Origin: Psilocybe cubensis
Taxonomy: Eukaryota
Direction: 5' to 3'
Assembly (NCBI GenBank): GCA_017499595.2
Contig: CM039006.1
Coordinates: 3,038,001 to 3,102,000, forward strand
Length of the DNA: 64,000 bases
How positions within the stretch are numbered: the first letter of the stretch is position 1; every line of letters starts with the position of its first letter. The position numbers and the translations under genes were made by a program. The notes below the pieces were generated by a model. The model was not told where the DNA came from and did not search any database. It saw only the letters and a program-made list of their open reading frames with translations. Shown one piece after another: positions 54,869-63,680 of the stretch.

Positions 54869-57800
54869 TCATCGGTTGTAAGATTTGGATATTCTGCCGA
54901 ATTCTGGATGTTCCCTCTCTTGTGAGATTGAACGTCTATGAAGTATTATCTCGTTATCACTTTCGATACTTATCTGCTCAGCAGCTTCAACTAGAGCAGA
55001 ATGATAAGTTTCATTAACGTTTTGAGTTTCGGGAACAACACCACCTTTTTCGGCAATGTCTTCATCCAGTTTACGAAAGACTGTTTTCTTCCACACATTT
55101 GCAAGGTCGAAAAGATTAGTATTGCGTTTTCGCGATACTATCCAACGACTTCCGAGTAGTCCTATCTTCCTCAAATCCGGTACGAACTCAGTTTCTCCGT
55201 CCACGAGGATCTGTGTGAACAGCTCCGGGCGAACATCATCGAGGTCGTGAACGTAATTTGGATCTGGTTTGATAAGGGGTCTGGACGAGTCTGCACTATA
55301 CAGACCTTTCTCGGCATGTTCATACCATGCCGACCAGTACTTGGTAACAGTTTTTCCAAGTTCAGCAGCTGAAAACCAATTCCATACCTGATCAAACCTG
55401 GTTTTAAGTACAAGAATGGATTCGTCGTGCTCTGCGACTCGTAAAGCGAATCGCTTTTTCCAACGTTCTTGTATATTCTTCTTACACCAAGACATGACTA
55501 GGTTTTCGGGATAACCGCGCATCAAATAGAGAGCGTTAAGGTCTCTAATTGCTCCAATGTAGATTTCCTTGGTACTACATAGCACGGCTAACCTGGATAA
55601 CTCTCCAATGTAGACGCCACGTTTGACGTCCAAAGGATGATGTGATACCCATGGAACTCGTTCTCGGTTGTTTCCTGTCTTGACAAATGGCTTCCAATGA
55701 AGTTTTCCAGACTCCTTGAATATGAAAGCATCGAGAAATTGACATCCCGACAAGGAAACAGCCCATTCGATAACACAACCATCGAACTTTATTGTTTCTT
55801 TAATAAGATTAAGTGCAAGTGCTTCGGACTCGGCGTAAACAATTGCGAAACAATCGTCGATGTACCTTCCATAGAAGGCCACATTTGGGTGGTCTAAGAT
55901 TTTTGACTTTATTTCAAAATGGGCTCCAAAGAGGTTAGCAAGGTCCGGAGAATCCGCGACGCCCATTGCGAGGCCATTTTTTTGTCTAAAATATCTAGAC
56001 CCATGTTGTGTTATCAATTGCGTATTGCCAATCTCGATAGCACGTTTAAAGATGCCCAATTTAACCAAGTTATTCTCTAACGAATTTGGATTAATATGGG
56101 CTAATGCAGTGTTTTCTTCCGAAGCGTTGAGTAACCATTCCTCGTACATACTACAAACGATTTCGATGCACAAGTCCAACGGAATATTGGGATAGAAAGC
56201 GACTACATCCCCGGTGACAAAATACCATTGTCGTTTGGGGTCTATACGCAATTGGCTTAATCTCGTAAAGAGATCCTTCGTTCCGTGAATGATTGAAGGA
56301 GTCGATTTAATAATCGGCTTAAGCTCTTTTGATACAAACTTGGCTGCAGGATTAAAAACTACAGAGTGACACGGAATTATGGGCCTAAATCCAGTAGGTT
56401 TCTTGTGGATTTTAGGTATACCATGAAATTGAGGATACTTGAACGATGATCCGTCTTCCGGTACATTCGATAGAAAGAATCGAGACAACCCAAGTTCAAA
56501 TAGAAACAGATGTTCATCTTCGACGGTACGTGCGAGAGTTTGCATCTGAATCATTTTGCTCTTCATAACTTCTTGCGCAACTTCGAATTCTAACTCTTCG
56601 TAGTTGCGTTCATCTTCAAGAAGATTGAGCTCATTCCTTAATATCCAGTCGCGTTCAGACACCGCGAGGCCAAGATTCTTATCTGTCATCGTAATAACAT
56701 AGTTGTTATCGATAAGAAACTTTTGGATCTTGTCCCTTTTAGGAGAGAACGCGTGCTTTCGCATCTCTTTAAGGGCTTCTTCCGGGATACTTGCGATCGT
56801 TTTAATAACGTACCGACGTCCCATTGAAAGGCCAAGTTCCATAAATTGCGGTAACATTGGAGGTTTCTCTTTCTTTTTAGAGCTTACTCCATAGTCTGGA
56901 TCGAAAGGTTTATTCATGCCTTCTTTAAACAAAAAATAGATACGCCATCTTATTCTTCGTTGAAAATCATTCCATGCTTGCATGATCAGACTTTTAGAAG
57001 GCAGTGTAAAAAACATATAATTGAGTCCAAGAGATAAATCATTTGCTACATCAACAGGGACCGAAACACCAGGACTACAGTGTACACTAGATCTATACTG
57101 GCCAGCCAATAAGAATGAAATCGGGGTATTGAGGTGTACAAAAGAAACTGCGTCTGTTTTAGTCATGGTGAGTATATCGTCAGGAATAGAGTTGGGGAAG
57201 GCGGGTCTCACCGACGTAAATGATGCTACAGTAGACCGCGCGTCTAGGCTCTTGCCTTTCCCTTTCCCTTTGGATCGTTGTTCTTGACGGGAGCTCTCCC
57301 CTTCCCTTTCTTCTTGTTGTCGACCTTGTTGGAAGCCTTGGTTTGAGGCTTCCTCTGCGAAGGCGTCGACGACGACTTGGGTTTCGAAGGGCCAGCTTTC
57401 CTGGCCTGAGGTTGAGGAGCCTTGGACGAATTCTGGCCAGACAAAGTCTGGGTAATTAGAGTAATAATTAGTGTCCAGAATTATGGGTGAAGGGTTACGA
57501 AAACTTGCCTTCTTGCCCACAGATCCAAGGTTGAGCTTTTTGAGACGTGCATTCAAGCCCTTATCAATAAGGGATTGAATCGATGGACCTGGTTTGGTCG
57601 CATCGGCCATCTCGACATCGGCTGTTGCCGCAGTCGTCCGCTTTTTCTCAATCTTAATTGCCAAGACGCGGTGGCGCATGTTGACAATCTGTTTGATATG
57701 AGAAAAGATCGCCGGCAGTATAGTTTGCAGCGCACTGCATTCGGCTTTCTTTTGCGGAGACACTACCCACTCTGCTATACGTCGAACTCCCTTGTTGTCT

Positions 57801-58402
57801 GTAGAGAAAACAGGGAGCTTGTAGCTGGATTTGCGATCATCGTAAGTTGCCTTAACGATGAGGGCAGCAGCTTCGTAGCAAGAGTTGAGCGCGCATTTAT
57901 CATCCCAAAAAGCCAGCTCGTCCTTTTTCGCCTGAACGGCGCCGTCGTTAATTGCCTTTTGGAAGGCATCACGAGCGGAAGAGAACGTAGTGGAGACTCG
58001 AAGAGCCTCCGCTGACCCGGCATCCGCGAATTCCTTCGTAAGTTGGAACTCGGGTGCCTTCACCTTAAGGCGATTGGGCGTGTTGCCTGCGCTAACGGCA
58101 GATTCAAGGCGCTCGAGGCTAGCCTTGACTGTTTCCCTCTTATCGCACCACGATGCGAGGTTGTGGAGAAACTCCCTAAGGGCAGCACGATAGTCAAAAA
58201 AGACGCAGTCTATGACTTGGTCAACGGAGCGGCACTCAGCTATTTTTTTGATGACCACAGTGGCCAGCTCGTCGATCAGAGCGTTATGGCGGCCTGCTTC
58301 ATCGTTGACGCCGAAGACGGTGTTGTTGACGACGGCCTGGGTGAGTGCGTCCAGGGTGGGGGACATGGCACGAGAGAAAGCAGCAGAATATTGGGATGAC
58401 AT
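54869..58402 (-). CDS. ORF1-reverse transcriptase fusion, Penelope-like class, 1177 aa, no recognisable GIY-YIG endonuclease
   Basis: Motifs GIPKIHK..FRPII, TGDVVAFYPNI, QKNGLAMG..SPDLANL, YGRYIDD and FLD, plus thumb PWVSHHPLDVKRGVYIGELSRL. Confidence 0.93.
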   Translation of the reverse strand: MSSQYSAAFSRAMSPTLDALTQAVVNNTVFGVNDEAGRHNALIDELATVVIKKIAECRSVDQVIDCVFFDYRAALREFLHNLASWCDKRETVKASLERLESAVSAGNTPNRLKVKAPEFQLTKEFADAGSAEALRVSTTFSSARDAFQKAINDGAVQAKKDELAFWDDKCALNSCYEAAALIVKATYDDRKSSYKLPVFSTDNKGVRRIAEWVVSPQKKAECSALQTILPAIFSHIKQIVNMRHRVLAIKIEKKRTTAATADVEMADATKPGPSIQSLIDKGLNARLKKLNLGSVGKKASFRNPSPIILDTNYYSNYPDFVWPEFVQGSSTSGQESWPFETQVVVDAFAEEASNQGFQQGRQQEEREGESSRQEQRSKGKGKGKSLDARSTVASFTSVRPAFPNSIPDDILTMTKTDAVSFVHLNTPISFLLAGQYRSSVHCSPGVSVPVDVANDLSLGLNYMFFTLPSKSLIMQAWNDFQRRIRWRIYFLFKEGMNKPFDPDYGVSSKKKEKPPMLPQFMELGLSMGRRYVIKTIASIPEEALKEMRKHAFSPKRDKIQKFLIDNNYVITMTDKNLGLAVSERDWILRNELNLLEDERNYEELEFEVAQEVMKSKMIQMQTLARTVEDEHLFLFELGLSRFFLSNVPEDGSSFKYPQFHGIPKIHKKPTGFRPIIPCHSVVFNPAAKFVSKELKPIIKSTPSIIHGTKDLFTRLSQLRIDPKRQWYFVTGDVVAFYPNIPLDLCIEIVCSMYEEWLLNASEENTALAHINPNSLENNLVKLGIFKRAIEIGNTQLITQHGSRYFRQKNGLAMGVADSPDLANLFGAHFEIKSKILDHPNVAFYGRYIDDCFAIVYAESEALALNLIKETIKFDGCVIEWAVSLSGCQFLDAFIFKESGKLHWKPFVKTGNNRERVPWVSHHPLDVKRGVYIGELSRLAVLCSTKEIYIGAIRDLNALYLMRGYPENLVMSWCKKNIQERWKKRFALRVAEHDESILVLKTRFDQVWNWFSAAELGKTVTKYWSAWYEHAEKGLYSADSSRPLIKPDPNYVHDLDDVRPELFTQILVDGETEFVPDLRKIGLLGSRWIVSRKRNTNLFDLANVWKKTVFRKLDEDIAEKGGVVPETQNVNETYHSALVEAAEQISIESDNEIILHRRSISQEREHPEFGRISKSYNR
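57244..58402 (-). CDS. Predicted spliced ORF1 protein (365 aa; exons 58402-57509 and 57447-57244) with a Lys-rich tail
   Basis: Intron 57448-57508: AAG|GCAAGT...CTAAT...CCCAG|ACT. Splicing joins VGKK in frame to TLSGQNSSKAP...KGKGKARA*. Confidence 0.65.
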
Positions 58403-58508
58403 AGTGGCTGATGGGTGATAGCAAAGTCGTTGGGTTTAGGGGGGGAGCGAGCACCGAGCGAAGCGAGGTGCGAGCGACTAGTTTAAACTGGGAGTTAAAA
58501 TGGAAAGA

Positions 58509-58573
58509 AGCCAGAGGGCTGTTGGGGGATCCCAACAACCAGCCCTTTCGTCTTTATAGACTCTTCAGTGGCT
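58509..58573 (-). ncRNA. Type I hammerhead ribozyme
   Basis: Identical to 54096-54160. The predicted cut is 111 nt upstream of the ATG at 58402. Confidence 0.92.
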
Positions 58574-59212
58574 ATTCTTAGAAGGAATGTTCTAGACATC
58601 CGATGACAGCGCGTGAAGTGATGCTGCGCAGCTGTCATGTATCTTACCGACTATCACAAATCTGTCAATGTTTATTGTCAAGTTAGACAGGTCTCTGATG
58701 AACAGAGTGTCACGGGTCAATGTGGCACATGGTAACCTGTCAAAAGTGGATCCAACACTTTTGTTCTTTGACATCGTGGGTTATTGACTGTGATGTGAAT
58801 CACATGGATATAGAGTACTCTGGTTACGTGGCTCCGAGTAACCGCGACATGGGAATATTCACATGTCTAGAGTATAAATAGCTTACCTGGGTCCTTACCT
58901 AACAATCAATTGATTGATTGTTGTGAATCTTAATTGGACAGTTCATGATCCGGTCCATCAAAAATGTTTCCACGGTACTAAGGAACTTTTCCCGAGGTAC
59001 TAAGTAACTTTTCCCATGTACTAAATTAGATCCGGCCCTTCACAATCACATGCCGTTCGGAAGTTCACACGCCTACCTTACTTCCTACTAAGGTTAGACT
59101 TAGTTAGCTTAGGGTTGGGGTTAGGTTAGGGCTTAGGGTTTAGGGGGGGAGCGAGCACCGAGCGAAGCGAGGTGCGAGCGACTTGTTTAAACTGTGAGTT
59201 AAATGGAAAGAA

Positions 59213-59277
59213 GGCCAGAGGGCTGTTGGGGGGTACCAACAACCAGCCCTTTCGTCTTTATAGACTCTTCAGTGGCT
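59213..59277 (-). ncRNA. Type I hammerhead ribozyme (variant B)
   Basis: Same core and stem II. Changes are confined to the stem III loop and the outer part of stem I. Confidence 0.9.
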
Positions 59278-59812
59278 ATTCTTAGAAGGAATGTTCTAGA
59301 CATCCGATGACAGCGCGTGAAGTGATGCTGTGCAGCTGTCATGTATCTTACCGACTATCACAAATCTGTCAATGTTTATTGTCAAGTTAGACAGGTCTCT
59401 GATGAACAGAGTGTCACGGGTCAATGTGGCACATGGTAACCTGTCAAAAGTGGATCCAACACTTTTGTTCTTTGACATCGTGGGTTATTGACTGTGATGT
59501 GAATCACATGGATATAGATTACTCTGGTTACGTGGCTCCGAGTAACCGCGACATGGGAATATTCACATGTCAAGAGTATAAATAGCTTACCTGGGTCCTT
59601 ACCTAACAATCAATTGATTGATTGTTGTGAATCTTAATTGGACAGTTCATGATCCGGTCCATCAAAAATGTTTCCACGGTACTAAGGAACTTTTCCCGAA
59701 GTACTAAGTAACTTTTCCCATGTACTAAATTAGATCCGGCCCTTCACAATCACATGCCGTTCGGAAGTTCACACGCCTACCTTACTTCCTACTAAGGTTA
59801 GACTTAGTTAGC

Positions 59813-59866
59813 TTAGGGTTGGGGTTAGGTTAGGGCTTAGGGTTTAGGGTTTAGGTTTAGGTTTAG
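59813..59866 (+). repeat. Telomere-like tract in copy 2
   Basis: Same as 54696-54756 with one TTTAGGG fewer. Confidence 0.9.
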
Positions 59867-59978
59867 CTATTTAATCCAATGTGTTGCTTGTAAGTAGATG
59901 TTTGTTACTTTATAGCAATGAATACTTACGGTTAGGGTTTTTTTCTAATGCTTTACGCCTTAAGCGCTAGTATTCTTT

Positions 59979-62900
59979 TCATCGGTTGTAAGATTTGGAT
60001 ATTCTGCCGAATTCTGGATGTTCCCTCTCTTGTGAGATTGAACGTCTATGAAGTATTATCTCGTTATCGCTTTCGATACTTATCTGTTCAGCAGCTTCAA
60101 CTAGAGCAGAATGATAAGTTTCATTAACGTTTTGAGTTTCGGGAACAACACCACCTTTTTCGGCAATGTCTTCATCCAGTTTACGAAAAACTGTTTTCTT
60201 CCACACATTTGCAAGGTCGAAAAGATTAGTATTGCGCTTTCGCGATACTATCCAACGACTTCCGAGTAGTCCTATCTTCCTCAAATCCGGTACGAACTCA
60301 GTTTCTCCGTCCACGAGGATCTGTGTGAACAGCTCCGGGCGAACATCATCGAGGTCGTGAACGTAATTTGGATCTGGTTTGATAAGGGGTCTGGACGAGT
60401 CTACACTATACAGACCTTTCTCGGCATGTTCATACCATGCCGACCAGTACTCGGTAACAGTTTTTCCAAGTTCAGCAGCTGAAAACCAATTCCATACCTG
60501 ATCAAACCTGGTTTTAAGTACAAGAATGGATTCGTCGTGCTCTGCGATTCGTAAAGCGAATCGCTTTTCCCAACGTTCTTGTATATTCTTCTTACACCAA
60601 GACATGACTAGGTTTTCGGGATAACCGCGCATCAAATAGAGAGCGTTAAGGTCTCTAATTGCTCCAATGTAGATTTCCTTGGTACTACATAGCACGGCTA
60701 ACCTGGATAACTCTCCAATGTAAACGCCACGTTTGACGTCTAAAGGATGATGTGATACCCATGGAACTCGTTCTCGGTTGTTTCCTGTCTTGACAAAAGG
60801 CTTCCAATGAAGTTTTCCAGACTCCTTGAATATGAAAGCATCGAGAAATTGACATCCCGACGAGGAAACAGCCCATTCGATAACACAACCATCGAACTTT
60901 ATTGTTTCTTTAATTAAATTAAGTGCAAGTGCTTCGGACTCGGCGTAAACAATTGCAAAACAATCGTCGATGTACCTTCCATAGAAGGCCACATTAGGGT
61001 GGTCTAAGATTTTTGACTTTATTTCAAAATGGGCTCCAAAGAGGTTAGCAAGGTCCGGAGAATCCGCGACGCCCATTGCGAGGCCATTTTTTTGTCTAAA
61101 ATATCTAGACCCATGTTGTGTTATCAATTGCGTATTGCCAATCTCGATAGCACGTTTAAAGATGCCCAATTTAACCAAGTTATTCTCTAACGAATTTGGA
61201 TTAATATGGGCTAATGCAGTGTTTTCTTCCGAAGCATTGAGTAACCATTCCTCGTACATACTACAAACGATTTCGATGCACAAGTCCAACGGAATATTGG
61301 GATAGAAAGCAACTACATCCCCGGTGACAAAATACCATTGTCGTTTGGGGTCTATACGCAATTGGCTTAATCTCGTAAAGAGATCCTTCGTTCCGTGAAT
61401 GATTGAAGGAGTCGATTTAATAATCGGCTTAAGCTCTTTTGATACAAACTTGGCTGCAGGATTAAATACTACAGAGTGACACGGAATTATGGGCCTAAAT
61501 CCAGTAGGTTTCTTGTGGATTTTAGGTATACCATGAAATTGAGGATACTTGAACGATGATCCGTCTTCCGGTACATTCGATAGAAAGAATCGAGACAACC
61601 CAAGTTCAAATAGAAACAGATGTTCATCTTCGACGGTACGTGCAAGAGTTTGCATCTGGATCATTTTGCTCTTCATTACTTCTTGCGCAACTTCGAATTC
61701 TAACTCTTCATAGTTACGTTCATCTTCAAGAAGATTGAGCTCATTCCTTAATATCCAGTCGCGTTCAGACACCGCGAGGCCAAGATTCTTATCTGTCATC
61801 GTAATAACATAGTTGTTATCGATAAGAAACTTACGGATCTTGTCCCTTTTAGGAGAGAACGCGTGCTTTCGCATCTCCGTAAGGGCTTCTTCCGGGATAC
61901 TTGCGATCGTGCGTTGCACGTACCGACGTCCCATCGAAAGGCCAAGTTCCATGTATTGCGGTAATACTGGAGGTTTCTCTTTCTTTTTTGAGCTTACTCC
62001 GTAATCTGGATCAAAAGGTTTGTTCATGCCTTCCTTAAACAAAAAATAGATACGCCATCTTATTCTTCGTTGAAAATCATTCCATGCTTGCATGATCAGA
62101 CTTTGAGAAGGCAGAGTAAAAAACATATAATTGAGTCCGAGCGACAAATCATTTGCTATATCTACAGGGACCACCACACCAGGACTACAGTGTACACTAC
62201 TACGATACTGGCCAGCCAACAAGAATGAGATCGGCGTATGTAAGTGTACAAAAGAAACTGCGTCTGTTTTAGTCATGGTGAGTATATCGTCAGGAATAGA
62301 GTTGGGGAAGGCGGGTCTTACCGACGTAAAAGGTACTACATTAGACCGCGCGTCTAGGCTCTTGCCTTTCCCTTTCCCTTTGGATCGTTCTTGACGGGAG
62401 CTCTCCCCTTCCCTTTCTTCTTGTTGTCGACCTTGTTGGAAGCCTTGGTTTGGGGCTTCTTCTGCGAAGGCGTCGACGAGGGTTTGAATTTCGAAGGGCC
62501 AGCTTTCTTGGCCTGAGGTTGAGGAGCCTTGGACGAATTCTGGCCAGACAAAGTCTGGGTAATTAGAATAGTAATTAGTATCCAGAATTATGGGTGAAGG
62601 GTTACGAGAACTTGCCTTCTTGCCCACAGATCCAAGGTTGAGCTTCTTGAGACGTGCATTCAAGCCCTTATCAATAAGGGATTGAATCGATGGACCTGGT
62701 TTGGTCGCATCGGCCATCTCGACATCGGCTGTTGCCGCAGTCGACCGCTTTTTCTCAATCTTGATTGCCAAAGCGCGGTGGCGCAAGTTGACAATCTGTT
62801 TGATATGAGAGAAGATGGCTGGCAAAATGGTTTGCAATGCGCTGCATTCAGCCTTCTTCTGCGGTGACACTACCCAATCTGTTATTCGACGAACTCCCTT

Positions 62901-63509
62901 GTTGTCTGTAGAGAAAACGGGGAGCTTATAGCTGGATTTGCGATCATCGTAAGTTGTCTTAACGATGAGGGCAGCAGCTTCATAACAGTTATTGAGTGCG
63001 CATTTATCATCCCAAAAGGCCAGTTCGTCCTTTTTCGCCTGAATGGCGCCGTCGTTGATTGCCTTTTGGAAGACATCACGAGCGGTGGAGAACGTAGAGG
63101 AAACTCGAAGAGCTTCCGCTGACCCGGCATCCGCGAATTCCTTCGTAAGTTGGAACTCGGGAGCCTTCACCCGAAGGCGATTGGGGGTGTTGCCTGCGCT
63201 AACGGCAAGTTCAAGGCGCTCGAGGCTAGCCTTGACTGTTTCCCTCTTATCGCACCACGATGCGAGGTTGAGGAGAAACTCCCTAAGGGCAGCACGATAG
63301 TCAAAAAAGACGCAGTCTACAATCTGGTCAATGGAGCGGCACTCAGCTATTTTCTTGATGACGACAGTGGCCAACTCGTCGATGAGGGCGTTGTGGCGGC
63401 CAGCTTCGTCGTTGACGCCAAAAACTGTGTTGTTGACGACAGCCTGGGTGAGTGCGTCCAGGGTGGGGGACATGGCACGAGAGAAGGCAGCAGAGTAAGT
63501 GGAAGACAT
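59979..63509 (-). CDS. ORF1-reverse transcriptase fusion, Penelope-like class, 1176 aa
   Basis: Intact ORF with the same RT motifs (YIDD). Confidence 0.93.
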   Translation of the reverse strand: MSSTYSAAFSRAMSPTLDALTQAVVNNTVFGVNDEAGRHNALIDELATVVIKKIAECRSIDQIVDCVFFDYRAALREFLLNLASWCDKRETVKASLERLELAVSAGNTPNRLRVKAPEFQLTKEFADAGSAEALRVSSTFSTARDVFQKAINDGAIQAKKDELAFWDDKCALNNCYEAAALIVKTTYDDRKSSYKLPVFSTDNKGVRRITDWVVSPQKKAECSALQTILPAIFSHIKQIVNLRHRALAIKIEKKRSTAATADVEMADATKPGPSIQSLIDKGLNARLKKLNLGSVGKKASSRNPSPIILDTNYYSNYPDFVWPEFVQGSSTSGQESWPFEIQTLVDAFAEEAPNQGFQQGRQQEEREGESSRQERSKGKGKGKSLDARSNVVPFTSVRPAFPNSIPDDILTMTKTDAVSFVHLHTPISFLLAGQYRSSVHCSPGVVVPVDIANDLSLGLNYMFFTLPSQSLIMQAWNDFQRRIRWRIYFLFKEGMNKPFDPDYGVSSKKKEKPPVLPQYMELGLSMGRRYVQRTIASIPEEALTEMRKHAFSPKRDKIRKFLIDNNYVITMTDKNLGLAVSERDWILRNELNLLEDERNYEELEFEVAQEVMKSKMIQMQTLARTVEDEHLFLFELGLSRFFLSNVPEDGSSFKYPQFHGIPKIHKKPTGFRPIIPCHSVVFNPAAKFVSKELKPIIKSTPSIIHGTKDLFTRLSQLRIDPKRQWYFVTGDVVAFYPNIPLDLCIEIVCSMYEEWLLNASEENTALAHINPNSLENNLVKLGIFKRAIEIGNTQLITQHGSRYFRQKNGLAMGVADSPDLANLFGAHFEIKSKILDHPNVAFYGRYIDDCFAIVYAESEALALNLIKETIKFDGCVIEWAVSSSGCQFLDAFIFKESGKLHWKPFVKTGNNRERVPWVSHHPLDVKRGVYIGELSRLAVLCSTKEIYIGAIRDLNALYLMRGYPENLVMSWCKKNIQERWEKRFALRIAEHDESILVLKTRFDQVWNWFSAAELGKTVTEYWSAWYEHAEKGLYSVDSSRPLIKPDPNYVHDLDDVRPELFTQILVDGETEFVPDLRKIGLLGSRWIVSRKRNTNLFDLANVWKKTVFRKLDEDIAEKGGVVPETQNVNETYHSALVEAAEQISIESDNEIILHRRSISQEREHPEFGRISKSYNR
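62354..63509 (-). CDS. Predicted spliced ORF1 protein (364 aa; intron 62555-62615)
   Basis: The GC donor, CTAAT branch sites, CAG acceptor and 61-nt length are all conserved with copy 1. Confidence 0.65.
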
Positions 63510-63615
63510 GGTAGCTGTTGGGTAATAGCAAAGTCGTTGGGTTTAGGGGGGGAGCGAGCACCGAGCGAAGCGAGGTGCGAGCGACTTGTTTAAACTGTGA
63601 GTTAAATGGAAAGAA

Positions 63616-63680
63616 GGCCAGAGGGCTGTTGGGGGGTACCAACAACCAGCCCTTTCGTCTTTATAGACTCTTCAGTGGCT
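63616..63680 (-). ncRNA. Type I hammerhead ribozyme (variant B)
   Basis: Identical to 59213-59277. The predicted cut is 111 nt upstream of the ATG at 63509. Confidence 0.9.

Larger units (their letters stand above)
54021..59145 (-). mobile_element. Endonuclease-less Penelope-like retroelement (Coprina-type), copy 1: one 4413-nt period plus about 710 nt of terminal redundancy (pseudo-LTR)
   Basis: PLE-type RT ORF, direct repeat 54021.. = 58434.., hammerhead motifs and telomere-like repeats. Confidence 0.92.

Noticed and set aside
54021-59145. LTR retrotransposon or telomerase (TERT) interpretation
   Set aside because: There are no TG..CA ends, protease, RNase H or integrase, and no TERT T or CP motifs. 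The RT motifs are PLE-type.
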